Shown here: piece by piece, positions 1 through 8,872 of the stretch
Numbering within the stretch: the stretch's first letter is position 1
How the letters are laid out: every line of letters begins with the position of its first letter
Virus record (IMG/VR): IMGVR_UViG_3300034759_000219
DNA: 64,000 nt
DNA from: an uncultured virus (IMG/VR IMGVR_UViG_3300034759_000219)
Taxonomy: Duplodnaviria; Heunggongvirae; Uroviricota; Caudoviricetes
Direction: 5' to 3' (one strand)
Made by a program: the position numbers and the translations under genes
The notes under the pieces: model-generated
What the model was told of the DNA's origin: nothing
The model's input: the letters and a program-made list of their open reading frames with translations, nothing else
Databases searched by the model: none

Positions 1-644
1 GTGATTATAGATTCAACTTCACTAACAATTTGGTCTATCTCATTTGAAATATCTTGGTCTGTGCTTAAAGTTATGTCATCTGCGTATCTAGTGTATACAA
101 ATCCATGTTTTTGGCAGTATTCACTAAGCGCCAAATCGTACTTTTTAAACGCTATATTAGACGCTACAGGGCTTGTTATAGCACCTTGTGGGAGTCTACC
201 TTTGTGTGCAACTAATCTTGCAACAAGCCATGCGCCCATCTCATTCCAACCTTCGGCTTTGAGAGCATTCAAAACTTGGTCACTACGTGTAGACGGGAAA
301 AAGTCTCGTATATCTAACGAGATAAGATACCTTTTACCCGCATGTTTAAGTGCACAAGTCTTAATTGTCTCGTTTTTGCGAAATCCAAATACCATCTCTG
401 GAAGTGGAATTTCATCTAACAAGTCTTTAAGTTTGCGATGTACAGTTTTAAGCAGTTTAGAATACTCTACGAGCTTTTCGTCCGCTTGATCTTTAGAATC
501 GCACAGGTACATATTTATCTCACGCTTTTTGCCGTTATGCTTTTGAACATAAAAATCTGTATACAATTTGCCATGAATTTTCTCTAAATAAGTAAGCGTC
601 CGAACTGGTATACCAACTTTAAAGCTTATATCTTCCAAAGTCAT
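1..644 (-). CDS. Retron-like reverse transcriptase (runs off the left edge of the window)
   Basis: Manual minus-strand translation from ATG 644: MTLEDISFKV...GFRKNETIKTCALKHAGKRYLISLDIRDFFPS...GRLPQGAITSPVASNI...FVYTRYADDITLS. Contains RT motifs DxxDFFPS, LPQGAxTSP and YADD, plus a retron-like xAxxH. Absent from the ORF track because its stop is outside the window. Confidence 0.92.
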   Translation of the reverse strand, partial: MTLEDISFKVGIPVRTLTYLEKIHGKLYTDFYVQKHNGKKREINMYLCDSKDQADEKLVEYSKLLKTVHRKLKDLLDEIPLPEMVFGFRKNETIKTCALKHAGKRYLISLDIRDFFPSTRSDQVLNALKAEGWNEMGAWLVARLVAHKGRLPQGAITSPVASNIAFKKYDLALSEYCQKHGFVYTRYADDITLSTDQDISNEIDQIVSEVESII

Positions 645-1234
645 ATTTCTACCACCCCCGAATCTATTAAGTCTTGAATTGTAAGTGTATCTTGCAACTG
701 GTCTGGTTTTTGCAAGTTTCTAACACCATGTGAACTTACAAGAAATGTTTCATCGCCTTTAGTAAATACCTTGCCATATTCGAACAAACCAGTTGCACGT
801 ACACGAAATAATTGTGTATGAGTCTGGCAGAGAAAATAATTACCCTGCCAAATTACTGTGGTTATCGCATCTGTATCATAGTTACAATAAAAAACAATTC
901 TGTCAATTTGCGGTTTCTTCTTAAGATTACCTAATGTGATTAGTATAGCTTCAAGTGCATTGTCGGGACTTTCTAATATCTCAGGAATAATGATTTTATC
1001 ATCGTACACAACAAACAAAACTGCTTTTGAACGAACCTCATGTTTTCTGCTCGGACGCGGATCTGCACAAATTTTGTATGTTGTAATCTCATATTGTTCT
1101 CTAAATCGCTCTATTATATTAACACTGTTCTTGTAGAGCGGATCTGTAACTCTCATGGACTCTATTGCTTGTTTGTCGCCAGATAGGATAGTAAGCATAA
1201 CTTGATTTAATTCTTTTTTACTGTACGGTCGCAT
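641..1234 (-). CDS. RT-coupled partner protein, possibly a degenerate RNase H-like fold
   Basis: 197 aa ORF with AGGAGG RBS. Its TGA overlaps the RT ATG (ATGA). The pattern KICAD...AVLFVVYDDKI...ALEAILITL...RIVFYCNY parallels RNase H. Confidence 0.6.
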   Translation of the reverse strand: MRPYSKKELNQVMLTILSGDKQAIESMRVTDPLYKNSVNIIERFREQYEITTYKICADPRPSRKHEVRSKAVLFVVYDDKIIIPEILESPDNALEAILITLGNLKKKPQIDRIVFYCNYDTDAITTVIWQGNYFLCQTHTQLFRVRATGLFEYGKVFTKGDETFLVSSHGVRNLQKPDQLQDTLTIQDLIDSGVVEI

Positions 1235-1249
1235 ATATTCACCTCCTAA

Positions 1250-1362
1250 AATGGGCGTATCGCCCTGTACTTGATGAGGTTACCTCTAAAAGAGCTGTTC
1301 TACAGAGCTCATAGATGCGAACGAAGTGAGCCCGGTTGAGCTCTACCCCACTTTCCCATTGA
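1250..1362 (-). ncRNA. Candidate structured RNA (possible retron msr/msd) upstream of the RT operon
   Basis: Non-coding, with short inverted repeats GGGCG/CGCCC, GAGGT/ACCTC and AGAGCTC/GAGCTCT, and an outer AATGGG/CCCATT pair. All pairings are short. Confidence 0.35.
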
Positions 1363-1451
1363 CCATCTCCTTTCTGTATACTTTTCTCTATATGTTCTCA
1401 AACAAATCTGTTTCATCTATTGTGTCCGAGAAGTTGGATTTTGCAGGCTTC

Positions 1452-1746
1452 GTTTCAATCGAACCTTAGAGGGATGGAAACAAGTTCAATGCGAAGCCCA
1501 GCAAGTGCACCTAAAAGTTTCAATCGAACCTTAGAGGGATGGAAACTGTCTTTGGCTAAGCTTCTCGAAGCTGCAGGAGAAGAGTTTCAATCGAACCTTA
1601 GAGGGATGGAAACGGCATATCGGTAGCGATTATAACGCATATCAGCAAGGGTTTCAATCGAACCTTAGAGGGATGGAAACATAGAATTCTTCAAATTTTT
1701 CCTTATCTTGTAGTACGTTTCAATCGAACCTTAGAGGGATGGAAAC
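1452..1746 (-). CRISPR. CRISPR mini-array with 5 identical 30-bp repeats and 4 spacers (35, 37, 37, 36 bp); no cas genes in the window
   Basis: GTTTCAATCGAACCTTAGAGGGATGGAAAC at 1452, 1517, 1584, 1651 and 1717. The reverse complement ends in ATTGAAAC, typical of type I-B/III repeats. It resembles Thermotoga-type repeats. Confidence 0.97.
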
Positions 1747-1941
1747 TTATGTTTCATTATATTACACAACTCTATATCACCCCTCTTTGAAATATGAAAG
1801 GATATGCTATTGTGATTAGATCATCCTCTGTTTGCGCGTCTCTGACTGTAAATTTTATTCTTTCCAACGGATCTATTACGAATACGATTATTTCTTCGTT
1901 GTATATTTTTAGCAAGTCGCCTGAAAATTTTACGATGATCC

Positions 1942-2118
1942 TCATAATCTCGCCTCCTCTTCAATTTTAGCTTCTATGTATTCATATAGATTGCGCAATT
2001 GCTTAGAATCGAGCTGGTCTAATAATAGCTTTATATCGTCTATATCGAACTCAACTTCGGCTTGTGGCTCGGAAACAAGATATGGACCTTCTGGTAAGGT
2101 CACAAATAACTTAGGCAT
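1942..2118 (-). CDS. Small hypothetical protein
   Basis: MPKLFVTLPEGPYLV..., 58 aa, with AGGAGG RBS. Confidence 0.6.
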   Translation of the reverse strand: MPKLFVTLPEGPYLVSEPQAEVEFDIDDIKLLLDQLDSKQLRNLYEYIEAKIEEEARL

Positions 2119-2131
2119 ATTTAGCCTCCTT

Positions 2132-3205
2132 TCAGAGAAGTGAAATGCTCACAGCGTTGCCATTATTTACAAATGTGATATACGACTTGGTAGGTGCAAA
2201 ACACTTTAGGTATGAAACTTCAGCAGTAGGTACACACGTAGGTACACACGGGGATATGAACGATACAATAGCAGAAACAGATTGCTACTTTTGTGTCGTT
2301 ATCTGCAATGCAGGCTCGTGAAATTCGTATTGGTTTGAGCCATGTAGCAAGACAAGCCTTGAATCTAACCGATCTTTATCCGTAAATACGACCTAATCGT
2401 AATAGTTTGGCATCCTCTTCAGCTATGTAACAAACAATCCAGACGGCTATAACGTAAAGTAAAACGGCATGTTCAGGTCGTATTTACGCTTAGAGATGTC
2501 GGTTACAAGCGCGCAATACGCGGTATACTACTTTTGTGTGTAGTCTGTAAGAATTGGAAAGGTCTATAATGGTAAGCTAAACGGGTTGCTTAGATTCAGT
2601 ACAAGCTCGCCATATGGTAGCGCTTTCATATGCAAAAACGCCATACGCATAATCTGTGACAACACCTATTCTGCAGCCGGCAAGCCGATATACACAGGTT
2701 TGCGGACTAACAACTCAAGCCGCTTGTCTGTATACGCGCTCAACGCCCCAGCTTGGTACGATAGCGATGCGGTATACTCGTCCGTTATAACTTGCGCTTG
2801 AGTCTGAACCTACGTATGAAATTCGCCATGCGACGTGTATCCTCCTGATTTGGAATATAACGTAATGGACGGGGGCGTATCAAAAAACAGGGCGTCTACA
2901 GGCACGTACTCAAATCCAAGGCTGAATAACCGCTGTGCGCCAATTATATTACCGTCTTTGTATGTGAATATGTCGATATACAGTATACTGTCCTGCTGGA
3001 TTAGCTTGGCTAAGTCGTACGTAGACACAGACTCAAGCGTCCCAGCCGTTATGTATGTGCGCAACAAACCTGAACCAAGTCCGATGTCCAACTGAACACC
3101 TGTAAACTAGTCCTGCGGGATATCACTAAACACCGCAGAACTGTACCTCTTTGCAAAACTCAACGTAACTTGCGGCTGGTCGTATACGTACGCCTTAACG
3201 TTCAA
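2132..3205 (-). CDS. Hypothetical protein, TAG-recoded (357 aa)
   Basis: TTG start after GAGGTG. Open to TGA with about 8 in-frame TAG codons. Includes track fragment 2810..3091. GTTAGTC motif at 3230-3236. Confidence 0.75.
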
Positions 3206-3244
3206 CTCAACAACACCTCTTCAGCTTAAGACTAACGCTAAGAT

Positions 3245-3266
3245 AAAAAAAGGGGCGCGTGCCCCG
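3245..3266 (-). terminator. Intrinsic terminator after tRNA-Ser
   Basis: GGGGC...GCCCC stem followed by a T-run on the minus strand. Confidence 0.6.
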
Positions 3267-3277
3267 TTAATTGTTCT

Positions 3278-3369
<92 letters not shown>

Positions 3370-3388
3370 AAAATCATGCAAACCAATC

Positions 3389-3532
3389 GTGAACCGCTCA
3401 TGACTGAAGTCACGAGCTTCCTGCTTCACAGACAAGACTTGCTACCAGTGACGTACCACCGATAGTAGAGGTCTTGCCTCCACAGGCATCGCCTTCCGGC
3501 TCGGACCGTCCCAGCCCTACGGGTCGCCAACG
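3389..3532 (-). mobile_element. Orphan IS200/IS605 (TnpB-type) right end / reRNA scaffold
   Basis: Minus strand GTAGGGCTGGGACGGTCCGAG...GCCTGTGGAG...GAAGCAGGAAGCTCGTGACTTCAGTCATGAGCGGTTCAC resembles tnpB 3' ends. No tnpB ORF is present. Confidence 0.65.
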
Positions 3533-3562
3533 CACAAGGTATACTCTCTCATGCACAACACC

Positions 3563-3985
3563 TCACGCAGCCGACCTTGCGGCATACCAGAACATGTCTA
3601 CTACATATCCGCGAGCTAACGCATCTACCGCAAGATTCATATTATCGTTCTTCTTTGAAACTTTTCTAAACTCAACCTTGATATCCTGCACGAGCTTGAG
3701 CATATTAGACACGTATTGAATTGCGACATCCGTCTTAGGCTTCCATGCGCCAGTTGCGAATTTTTCGATACCTGTATAGTCATAGCATAATTCAACTTGT
3801 GCAACTCCAAGCGACTTGGCATATTCTAACGCTTTAACCGTAGCAGTAAGTTCAGCGTCTACATTCGAACCATTTCGCTTATTCACCTCGCCACTTCGAA
3901 AGTCCTTGATTTTGCCGTTTTCGACAACTATGAACGCCCAACGGACCTTGCCGCGTATGACTGAACCATCCACATAAATTTTCAT
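3563..3985 (-). CDS. rnhA: Ribonuclease HI
   Basis: MKIYVDGS...NVDAELTA...LCYDYTGIEKFATGAWK...MNLAVDALA. Likely start is ATG 3985 (RBS GGAGGTG), not 4096. Confidence 0.88.
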   Translation of the reverse strand: MKIYVDGSVIRGKVRWAFIVVENGKIKDFRSGEVNKRNGSNVDAELTATVKALEYAKSLGVAQVELCYDYTGIEKFATGAWKPKTDVAIQYVSNMLKLVQDIKVEFRKVSKKNDNMNLAVDALARGYVVDMFWYAARSAA

Positions 3986-4281
3986 ACCATCACCTCCAGG
4001 ATTTTTAACATTGCGTCCGTAACGTACGAAACCATGGCATTGAAATCTGCCATGCCGGATTCGAGTCTGGACCTGAACTGGATCAAACTGTCGCAAATGG
4101 ACTTAGTTCGCTTAGAGCGAGGTGCTAAGACCTGAATGATAGACATCGCACATGAGGCGTCTATTAGCATATCTGTTACGAGCTTGTCTTTTTCGTCGCG
4201 TGAAGATGCGGTTTGCAGGCGTTGTATGTTGTTAAGAACTGTACGAAGTAGCGAATATGCGCGCTGGTATGCCCAAGACAT
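3982..4281 (-). CDS. Hypothetical protein
   Basis: 99 aa ORF in the operon; its stop overlaps the RNase H start. Confidence 0.7.
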   Translation of the reverse strand: MSWAYQRAYSLLRTVLNNIQRLQTASSRDEKDKLVTDMLIDASCAMSIIQVLAPRSKRTKSICDSLIQFRSRLESGMADFNAMVSYVTDAMLKILEVMV

Positions 4282-4308
4282 ACACTCAACTCCAAAAAAG
4301 TGCGGGCA

Positions 4309-4581
4309 TTAATTACCCGCACTCTTATTGAAGACTATGTATTTGAATATCGCTTTATTTATAACGACACCCCACAGCTTGTCGCCTTCGAATATATTGA
4401 GCACTTCGTTTCCCTTTTCGGCAAATTCGGCATATCGAGATTTCTTTGCGGTACCTTGCTGGACAACTACGAAATTACCGTGTGCGCCTTTATTCAATCC
4501 GGTTTGAGTCTTCGCTTCGCCTTTTCGACATTTTTCGATAGCAGTCGCTAAATCACTTGGAATTTTCACCATCAATAACAT
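4309..4581 (-). CDS. Hypothetical protein
   Basis: Likely start ATG 4581 after GGAGGGTG. Confidence 0.65.
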   Translation of the reverse strand: MLLMVKIPSDLATAIEKCRKGEAKTQTGLNKGAHGNFVVVQQGTAKKSRYAEFAEKGNEVLNIFEGDKLWGVVINKAIFKYIVFNKSAGN

Positions 4582-4624
4582 AATATCACCCTCCTTATAG
4601 CCCCCATAACCGGGGGCAAATTTT

Positions 4625-5074
4625 CTACCTATGTGTGGGAATATATATCTCAACTGGGATATCCATTTTAGAAGCATAGGCTACAATAATAGCTCCAACA
4701 TCTTCCCAGTTAAGCCCGCCTAACCCACACCCAAGGGCGGGAATTGCAATAGATCGAATACCTTCACGCTTATAGTTCTCGTGCAACCAACGCATACCGA
4801 GCTCGATATATTCAAGCTTAGACGGATTTCGCCAATCGTCTTTGGTAGGGAACATCAAAAACCACGGAAGCTGAGTACGTCTATAGACACAAGGCTTGCC
4901 AATTTTAAGCACGCCATCTGCGCACATATTCGAATATGCGACAAACGCATCGTAATAATTTCGCTTGAGTTCAAGCGCAAGACCTTTGCCCATAACGCCA
5001 ACTGTATTAACGGGAATCGTGAGCGTTTGCATCTTCGAATCGAAGATATTGCCACGAGAAACTGTAATGTTCAT
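4625..5074 (-). CDS. Macro domain protein (DarG-like ADP-ribosylglycohydrolase)
   Basis: GNIFDS...IPVNTVGVMGKGLALE...FPTKDDWRNPSKLEYI...SIAIPALGCGLGGLNW. Ends in TAG. Confidence 0.9.
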   Translation of the reverse strand: MNITVSRGNIFDSKMQTLTIPVNTVGVMGKGLALELKRNYYDAFVAYSNMCADGVLKIGKPCVYRRTQLPWFLMFPTKDDWRNPSKLEYIELGMRWLHENYKREGIRSIAIPALGCGLGGLNWEDVGAIIVAYASKMDIPVEIYIPTHR

Positions 5075-5085
5075 ACCAACACCTC

Positions 5086-7491
5086 CTATATTGGAAATAC
5101 GTAGACTATATCGCCATCATCATCGCCATCGATATCTTTTGCGATATCTTTTGGGATTAGGATTACTTTAGTACGTGCAGGTTGGACTTTGACTTTAGGC
5201 ATCGCGCCAACTATCGGATGTCTAACTGCAATCCATACGTTGTCTTTCATCTGGTCGGCTTGAGATGCTAATGCGACACATTGGTAATAAAGCTTCCTTG
5301 GCACAAGTACAGTATCTGCTGAACTAGTCGCATGCCTGCCGACTATAGCGAATCCACGAGGTTGAGTCATGGCTTTTGTAAACGTCATGCATACGGATTT
5401 CGTAAGCTTTGCAAGTTGAATTGCAAGCCAATGTTTGGTATACTCAGTTGGATACGATGCATAGTCTACAAGCGCATTAAAATACGCAAGCAAGGCATGT
5501 GCAAAGTCATGTAGCATGATCTCGTCGTCTACCTTGCAAAGTAGATTCAACGGCTTGAGCGAAAACCAACCGTGCATAGACGGGAACTCGATTTGCATAT
5601 TTACAAGCATATTCAAAGCTTCGACATTAACCGAATTCAGTGCATCGATTAAGCTTGCAAGGCTAGCTGGTGCTATACTAGCTAAGACAGCCAGACGCTG
5701 GTCTTTAGGTATCCTGTTTTTCGGTACGTCTAGCGTAATTTGCGCATTGTCTTTAAGATCTTGCGCAATAGTCTCGATTACACGTATCCAGTCAAGCGCT
5801 CTTGCGGCAAGTTCTTGGTTTTCAGGCTGCGTAGGTAGTCTGTCTATAGCTTTATCCAAGCCGAGTATCTGTTCTACAATCTTAGCTTGCGCATAATCCA
5901 CCGCAACACCGTCTATACGTGCATTATAGTCCATAGAATTGTCGATAAAGAACTTCTGGATGCCGACATATCCCGTAATAGTATGCATCTTACCGCCAAA
6001 CGGGAAGTTTATCTGAACTCGGCATTTATCTAATACGTCCTGTATAAACTTTTCGTCTAAGGCTTGTTCGATATCTATTACGGGCATATCAACACCTTCG
6101 CTTTGGAGTAGTCTCATACACGCTGCGACTATGCACGCCAGCTTATTTTTTCGTTTACCTTGCGTATTCTGGATTACGTCAATTGGGATCCAACGGCCAT
6201 TAAACGGTGCAAAGCATTTATCGAATTCGCCGATCTTAATACCTTTCGCTCTACCTGGCGCTTGGAGCTTATATACGTTTTCAGACAAATCGAAACCGTC
6301 TATATGCACCGTCTTCTCCCAGTTACTTGAGACGACATACCCGTCACCAGATAACGATACAGGCAGGTCGGTAATATAATTCAAAAACACATCAGTCTCT
6401 GGGTCTGTATGGTCTAGCATAAGTACCGTAGCCTGTATGAGCGGTAATTCAGGTCGGGTCACACCATCTACACGTAACCGCAGGCGTACAGGCCGCCGTT
6501 CCTGCCAACATACCGGATGTACAAAGAAAGCCGTATGAGAAGAGCGTTTCAGTTCGGTAAAGTGCGCAAACGGATTTACCAAGTACTCGATCAGGTTCCT
6601 GCGATGTGATGCGAGTTTTGGAACTGCAAGCGACATAGGACGGTTGACAGAACTGAATGAGAGCGCATCGAGCGTATCCAAAGTCGCTATAGATGCACGA
6701 ATGCGGTCTTGCGCACTAAGCGATTTCACATGTTCGAGTACAAGATCGTCCTTTTTAATGCTTACGAAGCACTTTTTAAGCAGTTTCGCGTACATACCGA
6801 GCGGTCTTTTCAGCGCAGGCAGCACGGACTTAGGGTAGTTGAAGCACTGCGCGACGTCCTGCGGCTCACCTTCGATGACAAGGAAGGTATTATCGTCCAA
6901 TTGCTTGAATACGCCATTGACGAAGAAAGTGTTTTTGGCGGTATCTTGTTCTTCATCTTGCGGTTCTACGTCTTGGTCTTGCAACGAGTCTATGGCGTGT
7001 ATTTGCAAATCTGTATGATGTACGGTTATATCAGCACGGCGGGCTATAGCGAGTATAGCGTCTATGAACTGTTCAGCGCTGAAGGACTTATAGGCTTTGA
7101 TCATAGGCAAGAGTGTACGCTTAGCCCACTTACCGAGTCTAAGCGGTGTAAACGCAGAATGCACGCCGATCTCGCCGATACCTTCCAGCGCATTAGCCAC
7201 GTCATTAGGCAGGTCAAACTGAGCGATGGTCTTGTCGATATCGAACTTATTCTCTATACATGCGACAGCGAATAGTTTAGACGCATCGTCTTTATGTACG
7301 GCAGCTTCGCATTCGTGCTTTGCGAACTTGAATACAGGTTCTAGCGCATCAGGTCGAGTTTGCATGATATACGGCACAACGCGGTCGAACCAAAACGACG
7401 TGACCGGCCCCATAAGCGCCTTGACCTTCGACGCCTGATACAGGGACTTATCGTTAGCGGGGGTCGAAAACTCTTGAGTAAAGTCAATCAC
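5086..7491 (-). CDS. Putative single-subunit double-psi beta-barrel RNA polymerase (standard code)
   Basis: 801 aa with no internal TAG. Contains GRAKG and IPIDVI (beta-like) and a C-terminal RHP...DIDGDDDGDIV (DxDGD catalytic-type motif). Ends in TAG. Confidence 0.65.
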   Translation of the reverse strand: MIDFTQEFSTPANDKSLYQASKVKALMGPVTSFWFDRVVPYIMQTRPDALEPVFKFAKHECEAAVHKDDASKLFAVACIENKFDIDKTIAQFDLPNDVANALEGIGEIGVHSAFTPLRLGKWAKRTLLPMIKAYKSFSAEQFIDAILAIARRADITVHHTDLQIHAIDSLQDQDVEPQDEEQDTAKNTFFVNGVFKQLDDNTFLVIEGEPQDVAQCFNYPKSVLPALKRPLGMYAKLLKKCFVSIKKDDLVLEHVKSLSAQDRIRASIATLDTLDALSFSSVNRPMSLAVPKLASHRRNLIEYLVNPFAHFTELKRSSHTAFFVHPVCWQERRPVRLRLRVDGVTRPELPLIQATVLMLDHTDPETDVFLNYITDLPVSLSGDGYVVSSNWEKTVHIDGFDLSENVYKLQAPGRAKGIKIGEFDKCFAPFNGRWIPIDVIQNTQGKRKNKLACIVAACMRLLQSEGVDMPVIDIEQALDEKFIQDVLDKCRVQINFPFGGKMHTITGYVGIQKFFIDNSMDYNARIDGVAVDYAQAKIVEQILGLDKAIDRLPTQPENQELAARALDWIRVIETIAQDLKDNAQITLDVPKNRIPKDQRLAVLASIAPASLASLIDALNSVNVEALNMLVNMQIEFPSMHGWFSLKPLNLLCKVDDEIMLHDFAHALLAYFNALVDYASYPTEYTKHWLAIQLAKLTKSVCMTFTKAMTQPRGFAIVGRHATSSADTVLVPRKLYYQCVALASQADQMKDNVWIAVRHPIVGAMPKVKVQPARTKVILIPKDIAKDIDGDDDGDIVYVFPI

Positions 7492-7779
7492 GTCAACACC
7501 TCCTTTGCACAGACCTAGGTGGTGTCTTGAGGTTGTATGTTACAATGGCACAAGCCAGCGCACACATAGGTAGTAAGTGTGTCTTAAGCATTTTCCAAGC
7601 TGTGTCTTTAACAAGTTCGCAACACTACCTATGTGAATAGTTTCACTCAGCCCCCCTATAGTATACAAATGTATACTATTTTCTGCGATGCGGATTAAAT
7701 GCGGATTTGTTATCGATTTGTCCGTAGCTGGAGATTTGTTCGCATCACGAACCAAAATGCGTAAGTGCGGATTGGGCGG

Positions 7780-8238
7780 TTAAGATTTTAACAATAGCAT
7801 AGTCCAGTGCACAGTGATACGCATATACGGTATCTCGCTGATAGTGTCTTGGTGTGTCTCTAAGTATCTACCTGTAGTTGGGCTTATGACCTTGACATCG
7901 CCATCCCAGCCGAATTTGTCGCGTGTGGCTTGAAGTTCCACTAATTGCCCACGCTGGTTTTCGCCTTGTACACGTACAGCTGTGGCTTTAACAAGCCCGT
8001 TTTCGCCAAAAATCGACATCTCGCCGTCTAAGATCTCTATATACTTAACCGTACTATCCCGCTCAAGTTGTACAAGCATATCCCGCGCACGGGTTAAGTC
8101 GCCCAACACCTTAGGATCTCTTAGGTCTTTGCCGTACACGTCCGCTAGCACCTGCAAGATGGGCACTAACCTCAACGGCAACACCTGCACGGTCTTGTAC
8201 ATATCGTACGCGTGTCTTATGTATTCGCCTGCCAACAC
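7780..8238 (-). CDS. Hypothetical protein (5' end abuts IS remnant)
   Basis: 152 aa ORF; the frame stays open up to the IS end at 8294. Confidence 0.65.
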   Translation of the reverse strand: MLAGEYIRHAYDMYKTVQVLPLRLVPILQVLADVYGKDLRDPKVLGDLTRARDMLVQLERDSTVKYIEILDGEMSIFGENGLVKATAVRVQGENQRGQLVELQATRDKFGWDGDVKVISPTTGRYLETHQDTISEIPYMRITVHWTMLLLKS

Positions 8239-8293
8239 CTGGTCGTTATCGCGTATCGCGTTAATCGCGCAATCTAACAGATACCTAATCCTA

Positions 8294-8555
8294 GTGACCT
8301 CCTCCCACCCACTTCAGGGGTGGGCTTCCCCTTTCACCGAGGAAAGCTTATGCGGATATAGGGGTTACTCCCCAGCACCCGCACGGCGGCTTCTCTCTCC
8401 AGGGGCTTGAGTTCGGACCGGTCCAGCCCTACGGCCTGATCAGGGCTCAGGCCAAGCCCTTTCCTCAAAATCACAAGTGCAGCGTTCACGTCCCTGTCGC
8501 TCTCCCAGCCACACTCACATTCAATTACCCTCTCCGACAGTAAACATCCCAACAC
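8294..8555 (-). mobile_element. TnpB C-terminal fragment plus IS605-type right end
   Basis: CECGWESDRDVNAALVIL (TnpB zinc ribbon/RuvC-III), followed by the GAAGCCCACCCCTGAAGTGGGTGGGAGGAGGTCAC end hairpin. Confidence 0.8.
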
Positions 8556-8649
8556 CTCCTCTTGGCTTGTTTCAAAAAAACAACACCTCTTAGCTGGCTA
8601 TTTTTTTAAAATGGCAAAGACCTAGGTATATTTTAAACGAGGCGGTTGA

Positions 8650-8826
8650 ATGGCCAAAATAACCGAGACGGAAGATAGTATACAAATCGAATTTGACGAC
8701 CTAAACGAGGCAATAACTGCACTGTGTATTGGCGATTATATAGGCGTGATCGTAGACGGTAAGCTTAAGATATTCGAATCGCCCAAGATACGTATAGTCG
8801 CATACTTAGACAAGGTACAAGAATAA
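8650..8826 (+). CDS. Small hypothetical protein
   Basis: MAKITETEDSIQIEFDD..., 58 aa, with GAGGCGG RBS and TAA stop. Confidence 0.55.
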   Translation: MAKITETEDSIQIEFDDLNEAITALCIGDYIGVIVDGKLKIFESPKIRIVAYLDKVQE

Positions 8827-8872
8827 CCTCTTAGCGTCTTTACGAACGAAGGGACGGGGGCGCGCCTGTGCG

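Noticed and set aside
1..489. 162-aa plus-strand ORF
   Set aside because: Antisense shadow of the RT.
1420..1626. 68-aa ORF with repeated FQSNLRGMET
   Set aside because: It is a translation of the CRISPR repeats.
1..1746. Diversity-generating retroelement or group II intron
   Set aside because: No TR/VR pair or intron domains are seen in the window, and the motifs are retron-like.
2226..2249. 12-bp tandem duplication GTAGGTACACAC
   Set aside because: A simple in-frame duplication (CVPT twice) inside a gene.
3986..4096. N-terminal extension of RNase H in the ORF track
   Set aside because: It overlaps the upstream gene; the RBS and motif support a start at 3985.
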